A stretch of DNA of 64,000 bases from Rebecca billardiae RCC1528 (taxonomy: Eukaryota > Protista > Haptophyta), in contig OZ251229.1 in the NCBI GenBank assembly GCA_965240325.2, forward strand, positions 248,001-312,000, given 5' to 3'. The first letter of the stretch is position 1. Each line of letters starts with the position of its first letter. Both the position numbers and the translations under genes were made by a program. A model generated the notes under the pieces. That model ran no database searches. It saw nothing but the letters and a program-made list of their open reading frames with translations, and had not been told where the DNA came from. Below, piece after piece: positions 22,701-33,710 of this stretch.

Positions 22701-25144
22701 CGCACACGCCGTCGAGCACGTCCGACGCCGACGTGCGGTCCTCGAGCGCCGCGCGCACCACCACGCGCGCCCCGCACCGCGCCTGCTCCAGCCCAACCAC
22801 CGCCGAGTCGGTGTTGGGCGCGTCGAGCGTGAGCGCGTCGGGGTCGTACAGACGGTCCAGCACCTCCTGCGCCGAGCCGCCGTCGTACAGCAGGAAGAGC
22901 TTGAGGCTGATCCCGAAGTCCGACGTGAAGCTGCCTGAGCTCGACGGCGTGAACGTCCACTCCACGCGCAGCTCGCCCGCCGAGCCCGTCGCGCTCAGGC
23001 TGAGCGAGTCGAAGCGATCGTCGAGCGGCGAGTGCGTGCACACCGAGCCCGGCAGCACGCCGCTGAAGACCGCCGGCTCGGGCTCGAGCAGCACGGTGTC
23101 GCACAGCGGCGGCGAGGGCGGCGCGGGCGGCGCGGGCGGCGGCGAGGGCGGCGAGGGCGACAGGGGCACCACGGGGCAGCCGCTCGCGCTGAGCGTGTAC
23201 GCCCCCTCGCTGCTCGAGAAGCCCTCGAGCAGCGCGTAGTACGTGGCGCCCGCGGGCACGGAGACGGTGAGCGACGAGGCGAGCCCGCAGCCGCCGTCGT
23301 CGTCCGCCGCGAGCTGCACGCCGCCCTCCCCCGGGCAGCCGTCGTACACGCGGAGGAACGTGTCGAACGACGAGCCGCACGTGTCCAGCGTGATCACCGC
23401 CGCGCCGCTGCCGCCCGACTGCACCTCGTACACGTGCTCGCCCGACGGGTTGCCCACGTTGGAGGGCGCGCCCGACGTCGAGCCCGTGGCGGGCGCGGCG
23501 CAGGTGAGCAGCCCGCGCGAGGCGGTGCAGAGGGGCGGCGGCGGCGCGGGCGGCGCGGGCGGCGGGCTCGGCGGCGACGGCGGCGCCGGCGGCGGCGACG
23601 GCGGCGACGGCGGGATCGGCGGCGTCGGCGGCGGCGGCGGCGAGATCCCCTTGTACGCCTGCAGCAGCCGCGCGCTCTCGTGCCCCGGGAAGGGGACGGC
23701 GCTCAGCGCGTCCGGCACCGCGCGGTCGAGCAGGAGGGCGAGCAGCTGGTCGGGCGTGGGCGAGGAGCTCGCCAGCGCCGCGGCGTACTGCGCCACCACC
23801 CCCGTCACGTGCGGACACGCCATCGACGTGCCCGACAGCGTCGCGCTCGCCGAGGGTCCGCCGATGTACGAGCTGAGGATGTCGGAGCCGGGCGCGTAGA
23901 TGTCCACGCACGAGCCGTAGTTGGAGAAGCCGGAGCGCCGGTCGGTCTGGGTGGTGGAGCCCACGGTGATCGCGCTCGCCGCGGACGCCGGGCTCTTGCT
24001 ACACGCGTCCGCGTTGTCGTTCCCCGCCGCGACCACCACCGGCACGCCCTCCGCCACGAGCTCGTTCACCGCCGCGTTGAAGAGCGAGCCAAAGCCGCCG
24101 CCCAGCGACATCGAGACGATCTTGATCGAGGCGGCGTGCTCGGAGACCCAGTCGAGGCCGGCGATGATGTCGGACGTCGTGCCGTACCCGTCGTCCGAGA
24201 GCACCTTCACGCCGTGCAGCGTCGCGCGCTTCGCCACGCCGTAGTTGGCGCCGAGCGCGGTGCCCGCGCAGTGCGTGCCGTGGCCTGCGTTCGCGCGCGG
24301 GCAGGGCACGCGGGAGGTGGGGATGGTCAATGCGTGCCGCCGCGGTGCGGGCGCGAGCGTGCATGCGCGTGCGGAGCGAGCGCAACCCACCGTCGCCGTC
24401 CGCCGGGTCGTCGTCGTTGTTCACCGCGTCAAAGCCGTCCGACACGCGGTCGGCGTACTCGGTGTGCGCCTCGTACACGCCCGTGTCCACGATGAACACG
24501 TGCGCGCCCTCGCCGTCCTCCAGCGGCGTGAACGAGCCGTCGAGCGGCAGCTCCCGCTGGTCGATGCGGTCGAGGCCCCACGGGAGCGCGGTGGCCGCGC
24601 CGACGCCCGAGGAGGCGCCGCCGGCGCCGGCGGCGTCGCGCGCCGCCTTCGCCGCGGCGGCGGCCTTCGCCTGGAGCTGCTCCTTCACCGACATCTCGCG
24701 CGCCTCCTCCGCCCCCCGCGCGGTCGGCGACGAGCCTTGCTCCTTCGGCTGCTGCTGCGGCTGCGGCTGCGGCTGCGGCTGCGGCTGCGGCTGCCGATGC
24801 TGCTGCCGCCGCAGCGGCGGCTGGGGCTCGGGCTGCTTGGCGAGGCGGCGGCGCGGGCCGAGGGCGTACATGGGCGTGTCCACGTGCACCGAGCCGCCCT
24901 GCGCCTCGAGCGCGTGCTTCGCCTGGTCCGACAGCACCGCGGAGAAGCCCTTGAGCAGCTTGTGGTACTCGTGCGTCACGTTCACCTGGTTGGGCAGCGC
25001 GGCGCGCACGTTGCGGAGGGCGTCGTGCGCCGCGCTCGAGGCGCCCTTCTTGTCGAACGTGACGATGTACTTCTGGCCCGTCGGCTTGCCGGCGGCGGTC
25101 GCGGCCGCGAGCGCGGCGAGCAGGAAGCGCGCCGCGACACGCAT
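19759..25144 (-). CDS. Type-I membrane subtilase (S8, proteinase K-like) with I9 prodomain and repeated extracellular modules; intron 24285-24390
   Basis: Signal peptide; I9 propeptide (YIVTF...HEYHKLLKGFS); catalytic triad FIVDTG / DGHGTHCAG (restored by splicing) / GTSMACPH; oxyanion AAGN; Pro-rich linkers; TM helix IGIAVVSGAALMGVTLFAMLVYVA. Confidence 0.92.
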
Positions 25145-25491
25145 CGCACCGCTCTCGCGCCCGTCCCGCGGGAAGCTTGGTGAGCAGCGTTGGGTTCGTC
25201 GTTGCTCACCACCGCCAGCGCAAGAAGATGCGACGCAGTGCAGATGAAGGAGAAAGTACTCGGAACCACAGGACAGTTCCTGGGCAGGCGCACCGTAGGG
25301 TAGGGGGGTAACGTGTTTCAGGCTCCTGCGCCTATTTGATTGCAATTTTGCATCAGTGGGCGCCACCCAGTCCTTGGCCAGGTACTGAGCCTTAAACTCC
25401 TTATCCGCTTCCGGCAACCATCACGTCATGTATTGCGTCTCCGTCCACCTCCGTCAACGGGCGCGCCGTAGGCGGTCGGGCGTCGGCAACA

Positions 25492-26652
25492 ATGGCCCTC
25501 ACCACCGAGCATGCGGAGGAGCTCGAGCGCTGGCTGGCGACGATCGGAGGTACGCTGCAGTCGTCCGAGTTCCAGACCTGGAACCGCGCCTTCCTCGCCG
25601 ATAACTGCACCTCCTTCGAGGACGTGGACGAGAACAAGCTCGAGCACACCGAGCTGCACGCAGAGTACCAGCGGCAGGTGGAGGCGCGCATCGAGGCGGC
25701 GATCGCAGGGACGGACGTGGACATGGCGGCGCTCCTCGCGCGACTCCCCGCGTACATCGGCCGAGCCAACGCGCCGCCCGCGAGAGACGAGCGCCGCGCC
25801 GTCCTCGAGGCCATCGAGACGCTCAGCTCGCTCGCCGACTTCAATGCATTCAAGGCGGCCATGCTGGTGGCGAGGAAGGACGGCGCGGCGGAGGCGCGCG
25901 GCGCGGCGGGGCAGGGCGCGCGCAGCGCCGCCGAGTACGGCGACGCGGCTGCCGCCGGCGCCGCCGCCGCCCTCGACAACGTCGAGGGCTGCGTCGAGTT
26001 TGCGGCCGCGATGGACGCGGCGACAGACGGCTGGGTGCTCCTCGCGCGCAAGGATTGGATGGTGATCGAGAAGCGGCCGATGCCCGGCGCGAAGAGCGCG
26101 AAAGAGATCGTGATGCGCTACGCGTTCGACGTCGACCTGCCCTGCGAGCACCTCGTCCCGCTCTTCGCCGACTACTCGGAGCGGCGCGGCGCGTGGGACG
26201 ACGCGTTCCGATCGTCCGAGCAGCTCGGGGCGTTCGAGCCGCGCGGGGGCGCGGGCTCGTCGGACGTGGCGATCGGCGTGCGGTACAAGCTGCCGTGGCT
26301 GCTCAAGCTGATGGGCGTGCCCGAGCTGATCGACATGCGCGTTGTCGTGGTCGCCGACCACCCGAGCCCCGGCGCGTCCACCTTCGCAGCGGTGCCGTGG
26401 GACCGCGCGCGCGCGCAGCTCGATCGGCACAACGCACACTTCCAGGTGGCGCTGGGCATCGCGCGGCCACACCCGGACGACCCGGCGCTTCGCGCGCGGT
26501 ACACGGGCTTCGAGGTGACGCAGATGGGTGCGGCGCCCGACTGGCTTCTCGGCTGGCTCGCGGGCACCTTCAGCCCGCGGTACGTGCTCGGGATGGCCAG
26601 CAGGTACAGGCGCAACGTGCTGGACGCCAGCAGCAAACTACGACATCAGTGA
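25492..26652 (+). CDS. ARL2-binding (BART) domain fused to a START/SRPBCC-like domain
   Basis: FLADNCTSFEDVDENKLEHTELHAEYQRQVE...ADFNAFKAAML is a BART pattern. DGWVLL...RGAWDDAF...APDWLL resembles a START fold. Confidence 0.75.
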   Translation: MALTTEHAEELERWLATIGGTLQSSEFQTWNRAFLADNCTSFEDVDENKLEHTELHAEYQRQVEARIEAAIAGTDVDMAALLARLPAYIGRANAPPARDERRAVLEAIETLSSLADFNAFKAAMLVARKDGAAEARGAAGQGARSAAEYGDAAAAGAAAALDNVEGCVEFAAAMDAATDGWVLLARKDWMVIEKRPMPGAKSAKEIVMRYAFDVDLPCEHLVPLFADYSERRGAWDDAFRSSEQLGAFEPRGGAGSSDVAIGVRYKLPWLLKLMGVPELIDMRVVVVADHPSPGASTFAAVPWDRARAQLDRHNAHFQVALGIARPHPDDPALRARYTGFEVTQMGAAPDWLLGWLAGTFSPRYVLGMASRYRRNVLDASSKLRHQ

Positions 26653-26891
26653 TTCAAATGGTACTATAACAGTCCATCATGCGGCCCCGGCTCTGGGGCT
26701 GCCAGGTCTGGCGACGAGCCTCGGGCCTCCGCCTGGAACAAGGCTGGGAGGCTCCGGTGCCGCCGATCGGGACTTCGGGTCACGGCGCGCAGACGGCGGA
26801 CGCGGTCAGCCCGGCCGCGTGACCCGCTTGACCGTAATGACCGTTCGCCGCCGCCGAGTTAAATTGCTCGTGACTGCGAACGTCAGCCAGT

Positions 26892-28121
26892 GGCTCCGGC
26901 TTCGGTTGACCCCTGCCAGTCCGGTCATAGAAACCGGGCGTACCGAAAATGAAAACGACCTTCGCGAGGTCGCACGGAGGCGGTCGAAGGCTTGCTGGAC
27001 TCGGGTTGGCGAGCTGAGCGCGAATCCGCACCGTTTGCCGCGATCGCTTGTTTTTACACGGCGCCAGAGCCCGATTTTCACCATTTCTACTGGGAGTCCG
27101 GGTACTTTGGGCCTTTTGCCCACTATGGTGGTGCGGGCGCGGGTCGCGTGGGTGTGCGCATCGTGTTCGACACCGACGTCTCGTACGAACAGCTGGGAGG
27201 TAATCTTGGCGACCGCGATGCCGAGCACCTCTTTGCGGTCGCGCGTGACCTGGAGATCGTGCACACGGTGTCTGGCACGACCTCGTCAGTGCACTCCACG
27301 GTCGGTGCAAGCCTCTCTGCACGTTGCGCCGTCTCCGGACCTCTGCAATCAGATCAAGGTGAACATGTCGAGGACGCACAACACGATGGAGCGGATGCTT
27401 TTCCATCTCGTCGTCGATAAGCTCAGGCCTCTCTGTCTGGACGAGTACTTTGTGATCCTTACGCGCTCGACACTGCAAGTCGCGACGAGGGCGACTCAGA
27501 GCCCGAGACAAGCAGCAAGCGGCAGAAGGAGGCGGACGGGCAGTGGTGGACGATGGGGGGGCGAGTCTGATTTCAAGCGATACGCGCGCATGGATCTTGA
27601 CCGGCGCTCGCGCGAGCTGGGCACCGGCGAGATCGAGAGCGACACGATCGTCCGCGGCGTTGTCGTGCTCACGCCCGTGCAACCGATCACGCCCGACTTT
27701 CAGCGGCGCCCCAGCACGCGGCACGAGGCGGAGGCACGCGGCAGCGGCGGCGGAGCGGCCGCGTCCGGCGGTGTACCAGCTGAGAGAAGAGCGCGGCACA
27801 AGAGTGCGGGGCCGGGTGAGCTGCCGTGAGGCGTGACATACATGGTCATGGCGTGCGTGATGCATGAAATGGAATACAAGTTCCGTCAGAAATACCCGCG
27901 CCAATATGCATTTACCCATTTTCGGATTTCGGTCAGATTTCTGTATGTGTTACTTATGAAAATTGAGCCTGAAACATATTGGGAGGTGGGTGTATGCTCA
28001 ATGTCGCTTTGAAGTCATCAATCGGGGGTCGGGAGGGACCCGGCTATATGGTCCGCTCGAGTGACTTCGACTCGGTTCTCAGAATGCCCGCCACTGGCAG
28101 GGGTCAACCGAATCCGGAGCC
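26892..28121. mobile_element. Non-autonomous TIR DNA transposon (1230 bp), superfamily unassigned
   Basis: 29-bp TIRs GGCTCCGG(C/A)TTCGGTTGACCCCTGCCAGT (26892-26920 / 28093-28121, 1 mismatch); flanking 4-bp direct repeat CAGT (26888-26891 / 28122-28125). Confidence 0.85.
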
Positions 28122-28301
28122 CAGTCATCTGTAGTGTCTGTACTGCCTATAACGGCGCGTCGTATTGAAAAGTGCGCGGGCCGCACTGACATTGAGCGCG
28201 GCCTGAGTGAGCTGCTGATGGTCCGCGCTGGCGCCTGTAACAGTAAATAAATAAAACCACTGCGGCGTCCGGCCCCGTACCCCGTCGCCGTAGTATTGCA
28301 G

Positions 28302-28911
28302 TCATGGCACCTTAGGGCCTTTCGTGTAGCCCACCGTGTCCACCAGGCTCGGCGACCCGCGTGCAAAGTTCAGGTAGTCCACTCCTGCCAGGCGGTGAGC
28401 GCGCACAAGCAGAAGCCGGCAGCGGATGGCCCCGAGTGGCACGTCAGCCCGGCGCGACGCGAGGCGCGCAGACGAGCGCGCCGTGCCGAGAGCGTCGCGA
28501 GGGTGGCCGGGCGTGGCGCAGGCGTGCGTGCTGCGCACCGTTGGCATTCGCGACCGCCGGCGAGAAGAGCACCATGTTGAACGCGACCACGCCCTCTGAG
28601 ACGGCGCCGTTCGGGCAGCCGAGGTAGCCATTGAACATGTCGATCCCCACGAGCGAGCCCAGGTCGGCCACGCCGACGTCGAGGTTCACGAACTGCGCGC
28701 CGGTGAAGGCGAGAGCACCACCGTGGCCGACGGTGAGGTTCGCCGCCTTCAGCCCGGTGAAAGTGATCCCGGTGCCAGTGCCGACGACCGCGTTTGCGGC
28801 CTCGATGCCACACCCTCCCACCACGACAGCGGCACCGGCCACCGTGGTCTGCGTGCACAGCGGCGAGAAGGCGAGGATGTCCGCCTGCCCGTTCATGTTG
28901 TGGGGTTCCAT
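28302..28911 (-). CDS. Hypothetical ~151-aa Gly/Ala/Val/Thr-rich beta protein; intron 28385-28538
   Basis: Strong GC3 codon bias; a GTGCG...GCAG intron joins ...ANANG to VDYLNFARG...KVP*. Confidence 0.55.
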
Positions 28912-30730
28912 GCTCGGGGATGAACGCCGTGCGGTGCTTCGGTGATGCGCTCAGCCTCGCGCGGCGGCGGGTGCTATCAACGCTGATGCCATGCTGCGGC
29001 GAATCCCGCCCCCAAAATTGAGCGCTGCCACTGGCTGCTGCGCGCGCTTTTTCAGATTTTCAGCTGCTGTGCTGCTGCGACAATACAGTGACGGTATGTT
29101 TGACTCGCGTGAAGCCGGCATAGGTGGATGCGGCCGCCCGGCGAAGCCGCACGAAGCCGGTGAAGCGGGCGCGCGGTGGCCACGGTCGCGGCGATCCGCG
29201 CAGTCTAGCGGGTGGCGAGGCGACAGTGGGCGCGTCCCAGTCGGTCGCCGACGTGCCGCGCCCTGCCGACCAGCCGCCTTGACGCGATGGCCCGCCGACC
29301 CCCGGCGTCCGCCTGGGCCACGTGCACGCGGCGATTTGAATGAGGCGCGCGCTGCCGGCTGGCAAGGAATTCGACGAGGGCGAGGACGAGGGTGATGAGG
29401 AATGGATGGCCGTAGACACTGTGAGCGCTGGCCTCTCTGCTGACTCCACAGCGCCGCACGCGCACACGTGCAAGCACCCGTCTGGTGCGCCTCTGCATGG
29501 CAGAAGGCGGATCGTCTGTGGTGAAGTGATCCGGAGATCCCTGGCGTTGAGTCGCCCCCTTCGGCGGAGGCAAGTTGGCGAGGAGTGTGTGCCGACCCGT
29601 GCTTCGCCGCGGACCCATCCGCGTGTGGCCCCGCGACGTGCGGTCTCGCTGCGCCCCCGCCCAGCATTGCTTGGTGCAGGGCTACCTGGCCGCACACTCG
29701 TCAGCAACAGGCTGACGCGGCGACCTGCGGCTCCAAATGGCAGCAGCGGCGGGGTGCTGGTGGAAGAGCGCCATGCCTTACATAGCCACGGTGTGCGGTC
29801 GGCAGGTGCCATCGCCAGTGACCGCCGAGCGGCGACGGCTGAGCTGAGCTGCATGGCGACTGCGGAGCCCGCCGAGCGTCGAGCCGCGCTCCGCGCCCGG
29901 TCGCCCGAATCGGCTGAGGGCAATCGCGTGGACGGAGTCGGCAGCCTCAGGCCTGCTCGGTTGGTCCGCTCACCCCGCTGCCGCCAGCAAGGAGACTATG
30001 CGCTTAGGCTACCGCACATGAGACAGTATACGTATGATCGTCGCCGTGCGGTGAATCTCTGGCTGCCCGCGCGCGCGGCGGTCCGCATGCACGGTGGGTG
30101 GGCTGATCTGTGATCTGGGCTGATCTGTGATCATCAAGGTCACAGCTTCCGCCCGCCGATGTTGCTCAATGGCGGCTGACCGTGGGGGTGACTGTGGAGC
30201 TGGGGGTGGGAGGTGGGGCATGACGCTCTCCTACTCTTGCCGCAAGGTCCCTCGCGGTCGTCCCGCGCAGCGATTCCCGCACTCGCCCCTCGCCGTCATC
30301 ACGCGCCCTCAGCGGCGCGCCGCTGCGCGGCGGCGCGCCCAACCCAGCCGGGCGGGGCACGCGCTCGCGTTTGCTCCCACCTCGCCCTCGAGACGAGCGC
30401 GGGCGGCGGGGCTCCTCCTCCTCCTCCTCTTCCTCCTCCTCTTGCGCGCGCCAGCGCCGGCGGGGCGGCTCCTCCTCCTCCTCCTCCTCCTCCTCATCCT
30501 CGCCGGCGCCGCGGCCGCCGGCAGCGGCGGCGCCGCTGGCGCCGCCGCTGGAGAGGGGCCGCCGAGGGCCAAGAGGGGCGGGAGGGGCGGCAAGGAGCGC
30601 GGCCTGGAATGACCTGCGCGAGCACGGGTGTCGCCGTCGCCGATGGCGACGGCTGTCGCCGGCTGTCGCCGATGGCGACGGCGCCGGCGCGAATGGCAGC
30701 ACGGACGGTCGCGGGCGCGTCGTCCATGCT

Positions 30731-30793
30731 GGCTTCAGCGCGGCTTCAGCCCGCTTCAGCGGGCTTCAGCGGGCGTGAAGCCGCGCTGAAGCC
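30731..30793. repeat. Perfect 18-bp inverted repeat built from GCTTCAGC units
   Basis: GGCTTCAGCGCGGCTTCA (30731-30748) pairs with TGAAGCCGCGCTGAAGCC (30776-30793). Confidence 0.85.
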
Positions 30794-31096
30794 GCACTGC
30801 GCGTCGCTTCAACATTGTGCTGTATTGTTGCCCCAAACCGTATCTGGCTTCACCCTCTACTAGTAGCAGTATAGAACGTATACAGTACAGTAATTGTTTT
30901 CTTCTCGGCAGGACAGACTGCCACTGTTGGAACTTGGAAGGCCGGGTTGGACCAGCAGGATGGCGGCAGGCGATCGCCTTGCTGTGCATCCCACGACGTG
31001 CCCCACCGTTCGTGGCGGGTTTCTCACGTCCAAGCCCTTGCAGCCGGCACGCGGCAAAGGCACCGGGCGACGGGCCACGAGGAATCGCGCGTCGCG

Positions 31097-33122
31097 ATGA
31101 AGAAGGTGAACAAGCGCGCGTCGAAGCGGCTGTCCGTCAAGGACAAGAACAAGATCTCGCGCAAGGTGCGCGAGCACCACCGCAAGCAGCGGCGCGAGGC
31201 GAAGAAGAACCCGCACAAGGCCGCCAAGAAGGACCCGGGCATCCCGAACGCGTGGCCGTTCAAGCAGGAGCTGCTGGCGCAGGCGGAGGCGGCGCGCGAG
31301 GAGGCGAAGGAGGAGGCGGAGCGGGCGCGCGTGTGGCGCGAGCGGCAAAAGCAGCGCAAGGCCGCGCAGCTCAAGGCCGCGCCCTCCGCCCGCCCCGCCC
31401 GCAGCGAGGCCGAGGCGCGCGCGGCCGCCACCGAGCGCGCCCTGCGCTCTGCAGACGTGCTGCTCGCGGTCGTCGACGCGCGCGACCCGCCGGCGGGGCG
31501 GTGCGCCGAGCTGGAGGCGCGGTTCCTCGCGCGGTCGGAGGGCGCGCTCGTCGTCGTGCTCGCGCACGCCGAGCTCGTCCCGCCCGACACGCTCAGCGGC
31601 TGGCTGCGCGCGCTCCGCGCCGCGGGCGTGGTGGGCGTTCCACTTGGGCTGGGCGGCGGCGCGCGCGGCGCGGCGGGGGAGGCGGGCGCGGCGCGCTCGG
31701 CGCGGCAGCAGGCGCTGCGCGTGCCGGGCGCGCCCGAGCTGTGCGCGCTCCTCGGCGCGCTCGCCGCCTCCGCCGACTTGGCCGCGGACGCGCCGCTGCG
31801 CGCGCTGCTCGCCGCCGCGCCCGGCCTCGATCTCGGCGCAATCTCGCGCGCCCTCGCGCTGCAGCTCAAGCGGCGCGGCGCGGCGCGCGGCCGCGTGCAG
31901 CTGCTCGAGCCCGCGCTGCTGCTCGAGCCGGTGCGCGCGGGCGGGCCCGCCTCGCTCCCCGCGCGCAACCCCACCGCGGGCGTGCACCTCTTCGGCGTGC
32001 GCCCCTCTCGGCGCGAGGCCGATCTGCTCGAGCTGGCACACGTGCGCGCACACCGCGCGCACACCGCGCGCACACCGCGCGCACACCGCGCGCACACCGC
32101 GCGCACACCGCGCGCACACCGCGCGCACACCGCACCGCGCGCACACCGCACCGCGCCGCGCCGCGCCGCGCCGCACCGCGCCACACCGCGCCGCGCCGCA
32201 TTGCGCTGCGCTGCGAGCTGGTGCGGGGGCACGCCGGCTGGGGCCGCGCGACGCCCGCGCGGCGCGGCTGCTGGTCGGGCGCTGCCCCCTGGCCGCGCAC
32301 GGCTGAGGCGCCGCCATCGCTCACGCGGCTGTGGTCCGCCCCCGGCGTGCCCGCCACCGCCGCCGACCGCCGCCGCGCCGCGCGCTCCGCCGCCTCCGCC
32401 CCGCCGCCGCAGGCCCTGCTCGGCCGCTGCCTCGACCGGCTGGCCGTGCAGCGCCACTACAACCTGCCTGCGTGCGCGGACACGCCCGCCTTCCTGCGCG
32501 CACTCGCGCACCACCTGCAGCTGCCCGCGCCCGCGGAGGGGGGGCAGGCGGACCTCGCGCTCGCCGCGCTCGCGTTCCTCGAGCAGTGCAGGCTCGGCCG
32601 CGTGCGGCTGTGCGCGCGCGCCCCGCCCGCGCCGCCGCCGAGCAAGCGCGGCGCGCAGCCGAGCGCGCGCGTGCTCGAGGCGGCTGCCACCGTACTCAAC
32701 GAGGAGGTGCGTGCGTGCGTGCGTGCGTGCGGGCGTGCGTGCGGGCGGGCGGGCGGGCGGGCGGGCGGGCGGGCGGGCGGGCGGGCGTGCGTGTGGGCGT
32801 GCGGGCGCCTCCCGCCTCGTGCCGGCCACAGGCTGCTCGCACGGCCGCCTCAGTGTGCGCGCGTTGAGCCGCGCGGCCGCGCCCCCGGTGTGCGCCGCGG
32901 GCGCAGGCGATGCGCGCGCTGCTCGACTCGCTGGCCGAGCCGGAGGCGGCGGGTGCGGACGGCAGCTCTGCTGGGGCTGTGCTCGAGATCGCGCCCTCGG
33001 TCGAGGGCGTGGAGACGGCGCTCTTCGAGAAGCACGCACAGGGGGCGGGCGCGGCCGGTGACGAGATGATGGATGACGATGAGGACGAGGCGGAGGAGGA
33101 GGAGGACGATGATGAGCCCTGA
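31097..33122 (+). CDS. GNL3/nucleostemin (Grn1/Nug1)-like protein with a degenerate GTPase domain; introns 32042-32412 and 32707-32906
   Basis: GN3L_Grn1 N-terminus (SKRLS...KVREHHRK...KKDPGIPNAWPFK), DVLLAVVDARDP, C-terminal GGQADLALAA motif and acidic tail. Confidence 0.82.
32045..32200. repeat. Intronic tandem repeat (GCGCACACCGC)n
   Basis: 11-bp unit repeated in the first intron of the GNL3-like gene. Confidence 0.9.
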
Positions 33123-33710
33123 GGGCGCGCGAGCACTCATGTGTGTACATCGTCTTCATCGGCATCCTCGTGAATCCTCACGGCCCCTCGACCAGCGCGC
33201 GCTGCGCACACTCCGCGGGCGCTGTGGTGTGAGGAATGCAGACCGCGCGAGTGATGACGCTACCGATGACGGTGAATGGCGGCGGCGATGTATGCTGACG
33301 ATGCTGCTGGTCAGCGCATGATGCCGGCCATGCCGGGAGCGGCGCGGCCGTCGGGCGCGAGTAGCGGCGCCGTCGGAGCCCAGGGCAGCCTGCCGAGACG
33401 CGAGGTCAGGGCAGCTGCCCCAGTGGCCGCGCGCCCGCGCCCCGGGCCCGGTGAGGGCCCTTACTTATTAAGCCCCGTTCTGGGGCGTTGCCTACTCTTG
33501 CCTCACGCAGCACGGTCAGGGCAGTCGTACTATCGGGCGGTACAGTTTACTAAGAATAAGAGACGCACACAGCTCAGGCAGGCGAGATTGACGCCCGCCA
33601 ACTGTCACCGCCCATGAAGCCGTCGACAGTAACGCCGGGCTCAATGACAATGTGCATGCACAGTGAGGGATGAGCCCGAGCCGGTGGGCGGCTGGCTGGC
33701 GTGCTTGACG

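Noticed and set aside
26528-27829. 433-aa ORF as an intact gene
   Set aside because: It overlaps the BART gene, crosses the TIR, and only parts look protein-like.
29340-30702. Acidic or poly-Leu ORFs as genes
   Set aside because: They arise from (CTC/GAG)n tracts, with no consistent frame or splice model.
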